DNA of 64,000 bases from positions 8,556,001 to 8,620,000 of the forward strand of contig CATNEN010000003.1 in assembly GCA_950097015.1 (NCBI GenBank), written 5' to 3'. Position numbers and translations under genes: made by a program. The notes under the pieces were generated by a model. It saw only the letters and a program-made list of their open reading frames with translations, was not told where the DNA came from and ran no database searches. This document shows positions 48,598 to 61,685 of the stretch, piece after piece. Source of the DNA: Macrostomum hystrix. Lineage: Eukaryota; Animalia; Platyhelminthes. Within the stretch, counting starts at the first letter, position 1. The number at the start of each line of letters is the position of its first letter.

Positions 48598-50617
48598 TCA
48601 AATATCGCACTCCGTCAGCTCGACCAAGTCGCTCTTCGTGTCGGCCTGTTGCACCGAGTCGAGCGAGAAGTCGCTGAATGTGACCAGCTTGCTTTCCGGA
48701 CAGAGCGGCGTGCAGATGCTCAGCTCGAGCTTCTTCGAGCCAAACATCATGCTTCTCAGCCGGTACATCGGGTAGAAGGTTCGCTCGAAGAACTCCGCAA
48801 TCGTCAGCATCAGCCAGTAGCGATGCTCGACATCGTTCTCCACAACTTGGTTCACCACATTGGACAGAATACCGACGACAAAGTTGATGAAGAGGACCGG
48901 CACAGCCAGGATGTAGGCAATGTGCGTCAGGCTGAGGTCGATGCGATCCTCTTTGGCAGAGAACACTGATGTGTCGATGACGTTCAGCGACACCAAGAAG
49001 GTGGTGTAGTATGAACGAAAGAACTCCGTCATGGAATCGTTCATGCTGCCGGATGCGTTGCTGGTTGCTCTCTGCGCAGCCATGAACACCGAGCTGGCTT
49101 GGAACATGCGAGTGAAGACCGCAGTCAGCAATGAATAAGCTAAGGCAAACAGCGTGAAGGTGCCAACGCTGTTGTAAAAGCTCGTCATGACTGTGGTCAG
49201 AGGCCAAATCATCTGCATGTAGCAGGAAATGAGCACTAGACTAGCCAGGATCAGAAGAATGGTGCAGCAACCGCTGGTGGCGTAGATCTTATCCCCGAAC
49301 ACTTTACAGCTAATATTGGTGTACAGGTGAAGCCAAAACAGAAACAACGATACCGGCAAAATAACGATCAGTGGAGCCAGCCAGGACATCTGGTCTGGAT
49401 AGCTTCGTCTGGGCCACTTCGGATAGCCGAACTTGCGCCTGAAAAAAACCTTAACTCGTTTAAAAACCAAGAAAGGAGCGCGCCACAAAATATCTGTAAA
49501 TTTCTTGCCTAATTCTTGATGTGGCAATTGGATTGCGTTCAAACAATTGCTTAGCACGTCGGTTTGCTTACCGAAAAATTTCTTTTCGGAGGATGCCTAT
49601 CGCACACATGACCAGAGAAAACACAGAAATCATAATCCAGCTGATGAGCGTGACAAGAAGGTCAGCTGGGTGAGTGCTGACAATTCCGTTGCATCTCTCC
49701 TTCAAAAACTTTTCTGAGCCAACGCCAAAAAATATCGAAGTGCCGATGCTCAGTAAAACTATAAGTGACAACATTACAACGCTTGACATCCAGGCACGAT
49801 TGTACAACTCTTCGACCCACCGACGCCAGATGAAGCCTTTCCGAAAAATCCCAAGCTCCTTAACCTCGTCAAGCGAGCCTTGACTGTAGATATCCATCAG
49901 CACGTTGATGGGGCAGATGAAAAACTCTGGATATTCACCACTGAAGTGCGTCAAGTCGAGCTTGATGTGCTCCCGGATGCCAACTGCCTCAGTTTCCAGA
50001 GCCCAGTCTGGTGAGTAGTAGTAAATTATGTACTCGACGTACTTCGCCAGGCCGATGTACACACCCCAACTGATGGGCGACATGCCATACTGACAGAGCT
50101 TGTCGTACATGAAGGCCTGCTCAGCTCGAGTGAACAGTTGATGGTGAAACAGCACCACAAGACTCCACACGTCTGGCTGACCCCCATTCATACGATGACT
50201 CTTCAGCATGAACTGGACTGCGCTCATCAGGGTGTGGTACGCGTTGAAGCCCTGCTCAGTCAGTCTGGAAAAGTCCAATCCCGACTGTTTCATCAGCATT
50301 AGACACTTTTGCGCATTGTAGAACATGGCTACAAGGAATGGGTTGGTCGGAAATGAGTGCACGAGGTTACTTTGCCGATCTGAGCTGAACATTTTAGGCT
50401 CGCAATGTCTCCAGACACCGCGGACATCCTGACTTTGTAGGAAGTCAGTCCAGGCCACTCGTTTCGAGAATGAGGCCAACTTGGTAACGTCGTCCTCGAC
50501 CAGACACTTGACAAAGGCAAGCCACTGCTTGCGACCGGGTAGAAACTTCAGGAGGTCGACGTTGCACTCTTTCGGCAACAAGTCGCCAGGCAGAACCTTT
50601 GAAGCTTTGCAGACCAT
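48598..50617 (-). CDS. Divergent TRPV5/6-like cation channel, copy A (exons 50617-49572, 49438-48598; 628 aa)
   Basis: Ankyrin-like segments (GFNAYHTLM, GMSPISWGV), VGIREHIKLDLT beta-hairpin, six hydrophobic helices, pore helix/filter FRSYYTTFLVSLNVID, S6-TRP segment VLFINFVVGILSNVVNQV; phase-2 GT-AG intron joins the two ORFs. Confidence 0.75.
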
Positions 50618-50779
50618 TGCAAAAAAAATTCGCCTGTGTTTCTAGCCCACTGAGTTGATACATATAGGCAGAGCACTAGATGCCATCCCCATAGGCCGTG
50701 TTTTATCCAGTTCTTCCCAGTTATTCATTGGCTAAGAAATACCAGTGGGAGTAATATTATCTTACTTACCCTCTTCTCA

Positions 50780-52790
50780 GATGACCGGGCTGCTGACTGT
50801 GCGGGATGATGAGTCCATTCCACCTGACGTGTCGCTGCGCAGACAACAGTCAAACGACTAAGCTCGCCACATGAAGTTCACCTACCTCGATGGTCTTGTG
50901 CCCAATGCGAAAGATGACATCATGCGGCTGTGGCAGGCGGTGTTCGAGACAGCCCTGCTGTACACACCGAGTCGTGGACACTGACGGCTACTCGAGATCG
51001 GCACTGAACTGCTCTGTACGGCCCTATTGGCTGACAAGAATGTCGGGAACGATCGAGGTTCTGCACGAGAGGACGCCCGTCCACCATCCTACGCCGGCGG
51101 GGTGGTGGATCGCACCCGGAGATACGTGGACTACTGAAGTATATTTTCTGCAACGCCAAAGCGCTGACACTGCCAAGGACTTTTTTGTTCTCTGCACGAA
51201 GGTGCGCCATGTGACCTTGGGGGTTTTTGTTACTTGTGTTTGTTGTTGCTGATTTTTTGCTGCACTATTCGTGCTTTCTTATATTCGGATAAGCTAAAGC
51301 GAATATTTTAAATCACAGGCAGGCAGCCAGCCGGCAGTTCAAACTGGACCAGAGAAAGCCTTCTGTTTTAAAATGCGTTTTGTCTTACGTTTTTCAAAAT
51401 ATCTACTGAGAGATTTAGGGGACCTATAATAGTTTTTGAAAGCTGGACAGGCTCTGCAGTCGCCATAAACAGGCGACATACGCGAGTGGCTGAGGAGGCA
51501 CTAATAAGCCGCTGTGTAGGATGCCATTGGAGCTGTATCTTCCACTGCGCCCGATGCTAGAGGTCGAGTCACCTGGTCCGCCATCAATGCTCTAATGAAA
51601 CCAAAACGATGCCAACACTTTTGAATTAGGCTGTCGATCACTCCGTGTGAAGTCGCAACGAACTGTATGAGCAAAAGTAGCGCCTGCCCACTGCCCAGCA
51701 ACCGGAGTGACGACGGAGACGTTGATACCGTCGATGGAGATTTTCAACTTAACACTGATGATTTCGTAAAGTCTGAAAAGCTGTACCAATCGAAACTCTG
51801 TGCCGACACAGTATGGCCCGTGCGCTTGCCAGAGTGATGAATCACGCGCTTTTCGTAGAGAAGGCGCCCAACGAATGGGCCATTGCGAACATCGTCGCTA
51901 TTCCTTTGTAGCTACGTGTCTGAAAGTGCACAGATGCCTCTGTTTACAGTCCTGCGCATCGAAGTTGTTCTACTGCATGCTGTAATTGCATTCGTACTGT
52001 ATCTCTAACCCAAGGATCGAGCAGAAACTGGTTTCGGCCCCACCACGGCTTAGGGGCTTAGATCCTGGCTAGTCATCGAGCAAGCGCGAATCTCATCTTC
52101 GTAGATTTCAGGAAGACTTATAACTCGGTTATGAGGGCCGCGCTCTCACTGGTGCTTTGCGAGTGCAACTTGCCAAAGCATCTGGCTTTCGCTGTGTTGG
52201 CGATGTACTGTCTGACAAAAGCTGCTTTGATGATACCGGATGGTCTCATTGGACCCCTTTGACTCATTCTCCGGAGTGCTTGAGAAAGACTCGCTGGTTC
52301 TTGTTCATGCTAATGCGGCACGATGCATCTTGACTGGGTGCAGCGAACTGCTCTGTCGACTGACGACTTAATACGGTTTTCTGCAGCGGCGATGCGTGGG
52401 ACAAAGCGAACCGGAAAGACAGGTTATAGAGTTCCTGGCTTCGCCGACGACCTTGTGTGCGCTCTCCTCGACTGTCGATGGCGCCCAAGGTCAGCTGGTC
52501 AGGCTAATTAGTGTTGGGGTGAGCGTCGCTTTCGTGGTCAAAATGCAAGACCATCGTGCTCTGCGTGCCAGGCCCCGTGGCCGCGAAGCTCTCTCGCTTT
52601 CAGCATCAGTTTGTCTGGCGGCCTGTTTTCCGTCGTCTGCGAAGATTAGACGTTGACAGATACTCTGGAACATCCAGTCAGCGTGGTGGTTTGCGTCCAA
52701 ACCATTTTTAGTGACCAAGTGAGTTGCTGCACCACCAACGACTTCAGCTGGCTAGCAACCTCATCCAGGCCAAGCTGGGTGTGCATGTAC
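50780..52790 (+). mobile_element. Decayed RTE-like LINE remnant (frameshifted RT)
   Basis: RT motifs in order across frames: KAPNEWAIANIVAIP (~51861), ASKLFYCML, IFVDFRKTYNSVMR (~52095), SGVLEKDSL (~52270), FADDL (~52440). Boundaries are approximate. Confidence 0.75.
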
Positions 52791-52794
52791 AGGG

Positions 52795-53078
52795 AAGTTT
52801 GGAAGCTAACCCTTAGGATCTGGGAATAGTGGAAGATAATCCTGAGGATCTAGGAAGAGTGGAAGCTAATCCTGAGGATCTAGGAAGAAAGGAAGCTAAT
52901 CATGAGGATCTGGGAAGAGTGGAAGCTAATCCTGAGGATCTGGGAAGAGTGGAAGCAAATCCTGAGGATCTGGGAAGAGTGGAAGCAAATCCTGAGGATC
53001 TGGGAAGAGTGGAAGCAAATCCTGAGGATCTGGGAAGAGTGGAAGCAAATCCTGAGGATCTGGGAAGAGTGGAAGCTA
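52795..53078. repeat. 30-bp minisatellite (GAGGATCTGGGAAGAGTGGAAGCAAATCCT)n
   Basis: About 9 units. Confidence 0.92.
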
Positions 53079-54449
53079 TTTCACAAGCTACTAGCGAACG
53101 AGGAAGAATTTGTAAAAATCGTCTGTGCTCTACTAAACAGATCTCCGAAGACTATCGTTGCATACATAAATAAGATGTACTTCATTCTGTGCTAAAGCGA
53201 GACACTTGTAATGTTTGTTACTATAAATAGGAAATATTGTAGAGACGTTCAGTTTGATCCGCAAGTGTAAAACTGATTATTAGCACAGATCATTGTGCCC
53301 TAAAAAATCGTCGCCCAGAGAAGATGCTTAGAGAACGGAATCGAGTTTGGACTGGGTTAATTCTCGGCCTCTTATAGTAATGTACAATATTTAGTTCTGC
53401 AGGAATTGAAAATTATGTCAGTTAGACACTTCAATTTGACGTCTGTCATTTTGTTGCCATAGCACAGCACTGTTACATTTTTGTATGACTGCCACTTCCA
53501 GCAGAAAAAACTGATTAATTTTGTCTGCACTAAGCGGCTTAATTAAGCAATTTCGCACACACCTCATGTAAATAGGCATAGCAGAGTGCACTCAATTACC
53601 AAAATTACCAAATCACTGTTTCCATCACGAACCAAGTCAAGCAAACAGACAATCAATAAAATAACCTTCAACTGTGTAGAGCGCTAAATACGTAATCTGT
53701 ACGCTGAGCTACTGCTGTTCTGAAAGTTTATTGTTCATATCTGTACTGTGTCGCATATCAAATATTAAATTAGATCGTAATCAAATTTGGTGATAGCAAC
53801 CAGATCGTAACAACAGCAGTGGAGTCGTCAATTAGTCAATTTCCTAGCGGTATTGTTTAATCGGCTGAGTATAGTTATATTTGCGTTTCTTTGGTGAGCC
53901 TGTGAAGAGAGCTGAATTCCAAAGCAAATACTTTTTGCGCACCAAGCAATGATAAACATAAGGATATTGTGGAGGAAAAAAGTTTGAAACATGCTTTCAA
54001 AGGTCAAAAAATAACTTTTCGTTCTGAGGAAAAAAGCTTTAAAGACAAAAGGTTTGTTATAAATCGGGATGCACATTTTCATTTATGATGGTGCTTTTTA
54101 ATGCAAGCGCAGATATCAAGATCATTATTCACACTGCGTGTTTTTTCAATCTTGAATTATTTTAAGAAGTTGCCTTAAGAGAGTCATCGAATATGAAATT
54201 TAAGAATCTTAGAGCATCAACTTGTTTCCGTATGAGTTGAAAATGGCTTTTAGCAGGACCGAGAGACCAAAGATTAATATTGTGACGCATGACGGCTTTC
54301 ATTGAAATTCATCGAAATTTTTCTTGAATATGGTAAAAAACTTATATGCAAGGCTAATATACAAGAAATTACAACACATAACGGTTATAGTGTCATGCCA
54401 ATTGTCATACGATTACACTTGACATCAGACAGCAATCCACCGGTCAGAT

Positions 54450-56552
54450 TCAAATCTCGCACTCCGTCAGCTCGACCAAGTCGCTCTTCGTGTCGGCCTG
54501 TTGCACCGAGTCGAGCGAGAAGTCGCTGAATGTGATCAGCTTGCTTTCCGGACAGAGCGGCGTGCAGATGCTCAGCTCGAGTTTCTTCGGGCCGAACATC
54601 ATGCTTCTCAGCCGGTACATCGGGTAGAAGGTTCGCTCGAAGAACTCCGCAATCGTCAGCATCAGCCAGTAGCGATGCTCGACATCGTTCTCCACAACTT
54701 GGTTCACCACATTGGACAGAATACCGACGACAAAGTTGATGAAGAGGACCGGCACAGCCAGGATGTAGGCAATGTGCGTCAGGCTGAGGTCGATGCGATC
54801 CTCTTTGGCAGAGAACACTGATGTGTCGATGACGTTCAGCGACACCAAGAAGGTGGTGTAGTATGAACGAAAGAACTCCGTCATGGAATCGTTCATGCTG
54901 CCGGATGCGTTGCTGGTTGCTCTCTGCGCAGCCATGAACACCGAGCTGGCTTGGAACATGCGAGTGAAGACCGAAGTCAGCAATGAATAAGCTAAGGCAA
55001 ACAGCGTGAAGGTGCCAACGCTGTTGTAAAAGCTTGTCATGACTGTGGTCAGAGGCCAAATCATCTGCATGTAGCAGGAAATGAGCACTAGACTAGCCAG
55101 GATCAGAAGAATGGTGCAGCAACCGCTGGTGGCGTAGATCTTATCCCCGAACATCTCGCAGCTGGTATTGGGGTACAGGTAAAGCCAGAACAGAAACAGT
55201 GATACCGGCAGAGCCACGAACACGGGAGCCAGCCAGGACATGAGGTCTGGATAGCTTCGTCTGGGCCACTTCGGATAGCCGAACTTGCGACTAGAAAAGC
55301 ATGCCAACTGCATTAACAAAAATTATCGTTAAACGTAATATACGACAATTGCCAACAAACCTTTTGGTTCACTAACTATTAGGTTCATTGATGTCCAAAA
55401 CTAAAAACTTAGATCCCAATCGCGTAATCGTTCACGTCAACTTGATATTATTGAACAAATTCAACTATACAATCGCCATTGCTTTATATAATCATCGATT
55501 GCTCACCGAAAAAATTCCTTGCGCAAAATGCCAAGTGCACTAGACACCAGACAAAACACAGAGATTACTATCCAGCCGCCCAGAGTCACGAGGAGATTGG
55601 TGGCGCTAGTGTTCTTCTCTCCGTTGCATCTCTCCTTCAAAAACTTTTCTGAGCCGACGCCGAAAAATACCACAGTGCCGATGCACATCAACACTATGAG
55701 TGACAACATTACAACGCTTGACATCCAGGCACGATTGTACAACTCTTCGACCCACCGACGCCAGATGAAGCCGTTTCGAAAAATCCCAAGCTCCTTAACC
55801 TCGTCAAGCGAGCCTTGACTGTAGATATCCATCAGCACGTTGATGGGGCAGATGAAAAACTCTGGATATTCACCACTGAAGTGGGTCAAGTCGAGCTTGA
55901 TGTGCTCCCGGATGCCAACTGCCTCAGTTTCCAGAGCCCAGTCTGGTGAGTAGTAGTAAATTATGTACTCGACGTACTTCGCCAGGCCGATGTACACACC
56001 CCAACTGATGGGCGACATGCCATACTGACAGAGCTTGTCGTACATGAAGGCCTGCTCAGCTCGAGTGAACAGTTGATGGTGAAACAGCACCACAAGACTC
56101 CACACGTCTGGCTGACCCCCATTCATACGATGACTCTTCAGCATGAACTGGAGTGCGCTCATCAGGGTGTGGTACGCGTTGAAGCCCTGCTCAGTCAGTC
56201 TGGAAAAGTCCAATCCCGACTGTTTCATCAGCATTAGACACTTTTGCGCATTGTAGAACATGGCTACAAGGAATGGGTTGGTCGGAAATGAGTGCACGAG
56301 GTTACTTTGCCGATCTGAGCTGAACATTTTAGGCTCGCAATGTCTCCAGACACCGCGGACATCCTGACTTTGTAGGAAGTCAGTCCAGGCCACTCGTTTC
56401 GAGAATGAGGCCAACTTGGTAACGTCGTCCTCGACCAGACACTTGACAAAGGCAAGCCACTGCTTGCGACCGGGTAGAAACTTCAGGAGGTCGACGTTGC
56501 ACTCTTTCGGCAACAAGTCGCCAGGCAGAACCTTTGAAGCTTTGCAGACCAT
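54450..56552 (-). CDS. Divergent TRPV5/6-like cation channel, copy B (exons 56552-55507, 55290-54450; 628 aa)
   Basis: Near-identical paralog of copy A with the same exon lengths (1046 + 841 nt) and intron phase. Confidence 0.75.
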
Positions 56553-57499
56553 TGCAAAAATTTTTTTGTCATAAAAAAGCTTCTGGTGCTGCATAAATTA
56601 ATCGGATCTGTTTGGTTTTGCGTTTGGATAGTTTTTTCGAGTCATGTCAAATTCCTATTGGCTGCAGAGAATACTTCATAGTTACTCTATAGAAGTATCT
56701 AGATTAGCATTGACACCCTTATCACGTGCAATGATTGGTATTTGCAATTATACCTACGAGCGTATTATGTCCAGGCAGTAAATATGTACTGATCATGGCC
56801 TCTGTCCGTGATGGCAAAGCGAAGATCAATATTGAATATCTTATATGGCATATATTTTAGCGACGGGTAATTCGTTGTCTTAAATGAAGCATTTACCGAA
56901 TGACTCTGTCTGCCCATTCAGTAACAGTTTGGATCGCTTTAGAGAACTCTCTTACTCTCTAATAAGTAAACAGTTTGATTTCATTTCGATGAATAGTCGA
57001 ATCTAATCTACGAGTAATGGCTTCAACTGTTTTAACGGACGTGAAGTACACTGGCATAAGATGATGTTGGAAACTAAAATAGCAGGATATATTTAGTATA
57101 AAAGCTACTTGATCTGTTTGCAATTGCTAATTGAGATCAAATATTGCCCGTGCATTGTGCTAACAAAGAGAATTCTGTGAAAACATTTTATAAGGCTTCA
57201 CATTTTATACGACCTCGCGTCATAGAAAATGGCTTTTAGAGAAATTTACCGGTACGATTGTTGGGCCAATGCAAACTCGGATATAGCTGACACAAGTCGC
57301 ACTTTGTAAGCCATCAACTGTCACGGCTCTATACTCACCTCAGCCTATACATCTGCGGCTGACTTAACTTGGCTTTGAGAAACGAACGATCAGGACACAA
57401 ACTTAATACGCTCCTCTTCATTGTCTGTGCAGGCACATATGGAATCATTTAAGCTTATAGGCCTTCTCATTGAAGTCATTTCCTTGACCCAGTTCATAT

Positions 57500-57790
57500 A
57501 GTCGGACTCACGACTGGAAGGTCGGGGATTCGATTTCCGAATCTACTGAAACAATTTGTGTCCTTTAGCAAGACACTAAACTCTGCATTGCTTCAGTTCA
57601 CCCAGCTGTTCAATGGGTACCAGCATTAGCTGGGATAATTGAAGGTGGGTGTGGCGTCGCCCCAGTCCATGGACTGAACATCTGTTCGCAGCCTTCAGAT
57701 GCGCCGCGCAATAGCTGCGGCTGTGCTGTCGGCTGCACATCTGGCCCAATTGGGGCAGGTGTAATCAATTATTATTATCATTATTAATAA
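57500..57790 (+). mobile_element. 5'-truncated CORE-like tRNA-SINE (family A)
   Basis: Matches 14458-14735. Confidence 0.88.
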
Positions 57791-58952
57791 TCAAATAGTG
57801 TACACATATCACTATAGGGCACTCAGAGAAAAACAGCAACCTAACTTTCCGAATTCTCAATTACATCGCGGACTGTCTATTTTTTTTCTTTGTACACATT
57901 TGTAATAGCCAATTTTTCTAGAATAGATTGAAATTTTATTTTCAAATAGGATTCGAACTGCCGACCTTGATCGCTGTCGGAATAGTCCAAAGCCTAGCAG
58001 TAAAATAAACACTGCTGCACAGCAAGAACAAGTCGTCTTTGTACCTGTCTTTGTATCTACATACAAAAATAAACAGTTATTTACATACAAAAACTATATT
58101 ACTTTAATTACAAGTTTAAGTGTGTTTATTTATAGCTCGTCAAAAATGCAACTAAAATATGTATGTTTTATTTATACTGCAGGTTTAATTAATTAGCTTC
58201 TAATTAATCAGAGTCTGTACAGTTCAGTACAAATAGCAATGCTATCTTTATTTACAGCGAAAATAAAATTAGACAGTTTATATTGCCTAGATACTTTAGT
58301 ATTAGTTTTTTTATCGTACAGGCCGACAATTGATTTCATTGGCACTAACTATAAAAATGCCAGAAAATTGACATAAAGTTAGGAAAATGCGAAATAAAAA
58401 AATTACAAGCAGCATTAAATGATCAGCTAGCCTACTAATCAGTAGTAGTTGTCACATCTTACTTGTTCTTACTGAGATATGAGATTACACACCTAAATAG
58501 CGCTATTTACATCGACTGTGTACAAAAAATGACAATTAAGATTAGGTGAATAAAGTATGAAATGTTTTTAAAATGCGAAACTACCACTATACAGTAGCGT
58601 AGAAAAAAGTTTTATGTAGAATTATAAAAAATATTTAAACTAAAATCGAATTGCAAGCAGCGTTGACCGCATTTCGCTATAGCAGCAAATTTGGCGAACT
58701 CGCAAAAAAGCAAGTTAGTTTAAAACGTATGCAAAGAGACACAAACCGATATAGAAAACACTACTGAAAAAAATTAGAATGCAAATGTTAAAATGAAAAA
58801 TGGCTATATAAAAGCTTACGAAAATAAAATGTTTATCTATGAATAAACTGATTTATACATGCACACTAATGCGAAATGATAGGACGTTAAAATATTGCTA
58901 TAATATGGGGATTCTTGATCGGAAGTATAAGACGTCGATGATATTTTAAAGT

Positions 58953-59265
58953 CTGGATTTGAAGATCGGGATTTGAAGATCGGGATTTGAAGATCGGGAT
59001 TTGAAGATCGGGATTTGAAGATCGGGATTTGAAGATCGGGATTTGAAGATCGGGATTTGAAGATCGGGATTTGAAGATCGGGATTTGAAGATCGGGATTT
59101 GAAGATCGGGATCGGAAGATCGGGATTGGAAGATCGGGATTTGAAGATCGGGATTTGAAGATCGGGATTTGAAGATCGGGATTTGAAGATCGGGATTTGA
59201 AGATCGGAATTCGAAGATCGGGACTTTAAGATTGGGATTTCAGATTCGGGACTTGAAAACTGGGA
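58953..59265. repeat. 14-bp minisatellite (GATCGGGATTTGAA)n just downstream of the INSM stop codon
   Basis: About 20 units. Confidence 0.92.
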
Positions 59266-59290
59266 TCTAGAGATCGTTTGTCGAGGATTT

Positions 59291-60046
59291 TCACTTCCCA
59301 CCGGTCGGTGACCGCCTCTTGCCAACGCCGCAAACTGGCAAATGCTTCTTCAAATTCACTTTCCTTTTGAATCCGCGCCAACAAGCGTCGCAAACAAAGC
59401 CGGAAGCTTCGCTCCGGTGACGCAGCAGCGACTCGATGTCGAATGAGGCGACGCCGGTGCGTGGCGGCGCCGACAGCTGGCTCGGCGGGGAGGTCGCCAA
59501 GGATGACGACGATGCCTGCGGCGGCTGATTCGGCGATCCGCCCGACGGTCGTCGATGCCACCGCCGATGACTGGCCAGATTGGCCGGGCAGCTGAACGCC
59601 TTGTCGCAGTCAGGACAGCGATGCTCGGCTGCCAGCAGTCGCGGACAGGCGTGGCTGGCGAGAGCCACAGCATCCTCGTACCGGACGTCACACAGGCGGC
59701 AGACAAAGTCGCCAATTAGATTCGGAATTTTCGCCAGTGCTTGACGAATTTCGGCTAATTCGGCGGCGGAAATTTCGTCCGCGGACGACGATTTGGCATC
59801 GTCCATGGAGCTGGCTGGCTGAAGAGACGATGGACGCGGTGGCGCCGGCGGCGGCGGCTGCTGAGGTTTCGGCTGGGGCGGAGGCTGCAGCAGCAAAGTG
59901 TGCGGTCTCACCATCATCTGTTGCTGATAAACTACAGCGGCAGCGGCAGAGCTGTGCCAGCCAGCGGAGAAACTGGTCGGTACGCCCATTAGGAAGGGAT
60001 TGGCGAGGAAGCTGGGACGATGCCGGTGACTACCGCAGAGTTCCAT
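59291..60046 (-). CDS. INSM1: INSM1/nerfin/EGL-46 family C2H2 zinc-finger transcription factor, intronless
   Basis: Signature IPNLIGDFVCRLC..LASHACPR..HRCPDCDKAFSCPANLASHRRWHR plus a third finger; ACCATGG start context. Confidence 0.9.
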   Translation of the reverse strand: MELCGSHRHRPSFLANPFLMGVPTSFSAGWHSSAAAAVVYQQQMMVRPHTLLLQPPPQPKPQQPPPPAPPRPSSLQPASSMDDAKSSSADEISAAELAEIRQALAKIPNLIGDFVCRLCDVRYEDAVALASHACPRLLAAEHRCPDCDKAFSCPANLASHRRWHRRPSGGSPNQPPQASSSSLATSPPSQLSAPPRTGVASFDIESLLRHRSEASGFVCDACWRGFKRKVNLKKHLPVCGVGKRRSPTGGK

Positions 60047-60835
60047 GGTCTATTGTGCCGGGGTGGGAATCTGGCCAGAATTCGGATGGGAGAAATCCCC
60101 AGGTCTTTATTCCGTCAAACAATCGTAATTTTTTATAGGAAGTCTTTTCTAATTGGTTGCCGCCAAATGCCGAGTGAGTCGGAGCTCGCTCATTGGCTGG
60201 CGAAAATCTCAAATCGTTTTGGTGATGTTGCAGGCCACACGATGAGTCTTTGTTCTGCTGCGCAGGAAGACACAGAACTCATTTGCTTGTCGCAGTTATT
60301 AATTATTCGCTCTTTGTCTGGCCTAAAAGAAACCTGCTATTGATAGCTTGCCATTGTTGTGCAATTTACGCCCTGTCAGGCGCAACCCCTAAAGTCACAG
60401 AAATATTTTAATATTTAATATTTTGCTTTCCAAAACGCGCTTATGTAAAACCTTTAAACAGGTGTCATAAACTAGGCTTTTGTAACTCAATATCGCATTC
60501 AATCATATGTAGCATGCAAACACGCAATCATAGTTAAAAAGAATTTTAATGTTATTCTATTTCTTTTTGCCTGACGATAAAACAAAGCATATTTAAATAA
60601 TAGACTCAACAACAAGCTTATTCTTTCTTTTCTCTGAGAAATCTCTCTCCATTAAAACACTCATTTAAGCAACACTTCCACGAGCTGTGGAAGTTTGCCT
60701 GATATTTGACACGCGATTAAATGAATTCAACAGAAAATATTGTTCGTTGAAATAGTTATAGAAAAAAACATGTTTTTGTATGGCAACTGTTGAATCAATT
60801 ATTTCTGACATGAAATATACTCAACCTCAAACGGC

Positions 60836-61685
60836 ATCTATCACCCACCAAACCCGTGTGCTATCACCCACCAAATCCGTGTTCTATCACCCACCAAATC
60901 CGTGTTCTATCACCCACCAAATCCGTGTTCTATCACCCACCTAATCCGTGTTCTATCATCCACCAAATCCGTGTTCTATCACCCACCAAATCCGTGTGCT
61001 ATCACCCACCAAATCCGTGTTCTATCATCCACCAAATCCGTGTTCTATCACCCACCAAATCCGTGTTCTATCACCCACCTAATCCGTGTTCTATCATCCA
61101 CCAAATCCGTGTTCTATCACCCACCAAATCCATGTTCTATCACCCACCAAATCCGTGTTCTATCACCCACCAAATCCGTGTTCTATCACCCACCAAATCC
61201 GTGTTCTATCACCCACCAAATCCGTGTTCTATCACCCACCAAATCCGTGTTCTATCACCCACCAAATCCGTGTTCTACCACCCACCAAATCTGTGTTCTA
61301 TCACCCACCAAATCCGTGTTCTATCACCCACCAAATCCGTGTTCTATCACCCACCAAATCCGTGTTCTATCACCCACCAAATCCATGTTCTATCACCCAC
61401 CAAATCCGTGTTCTATCACCCACCAAATCCGTGTTCTATCACCCACCAAATCCGTGTTCTATCACCCACCAAATCCGTGTTCTATCACCCACCAAATCCG
61501 TGTTCTATCACCCACCAAATCCGTGTTCTATCACCCACCAAATCCGTGTTCTATCACCCACCAAATCCGTGTTCTATCACCCACCAAATACGTGTTCTAT
61601 CACCCACCAAATCCGTGTTCTATCACCCCCCAAATCCGTGTGCTATCACCCACCAAATCCGTGTGCTATCACCCACCAAATCAGG
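60836..61685. repeat. 23-bp minisatellite (CTATCACCCACCAAATCCGTGTT)n
   Basis: About 36 units. Confidence 0.95.
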
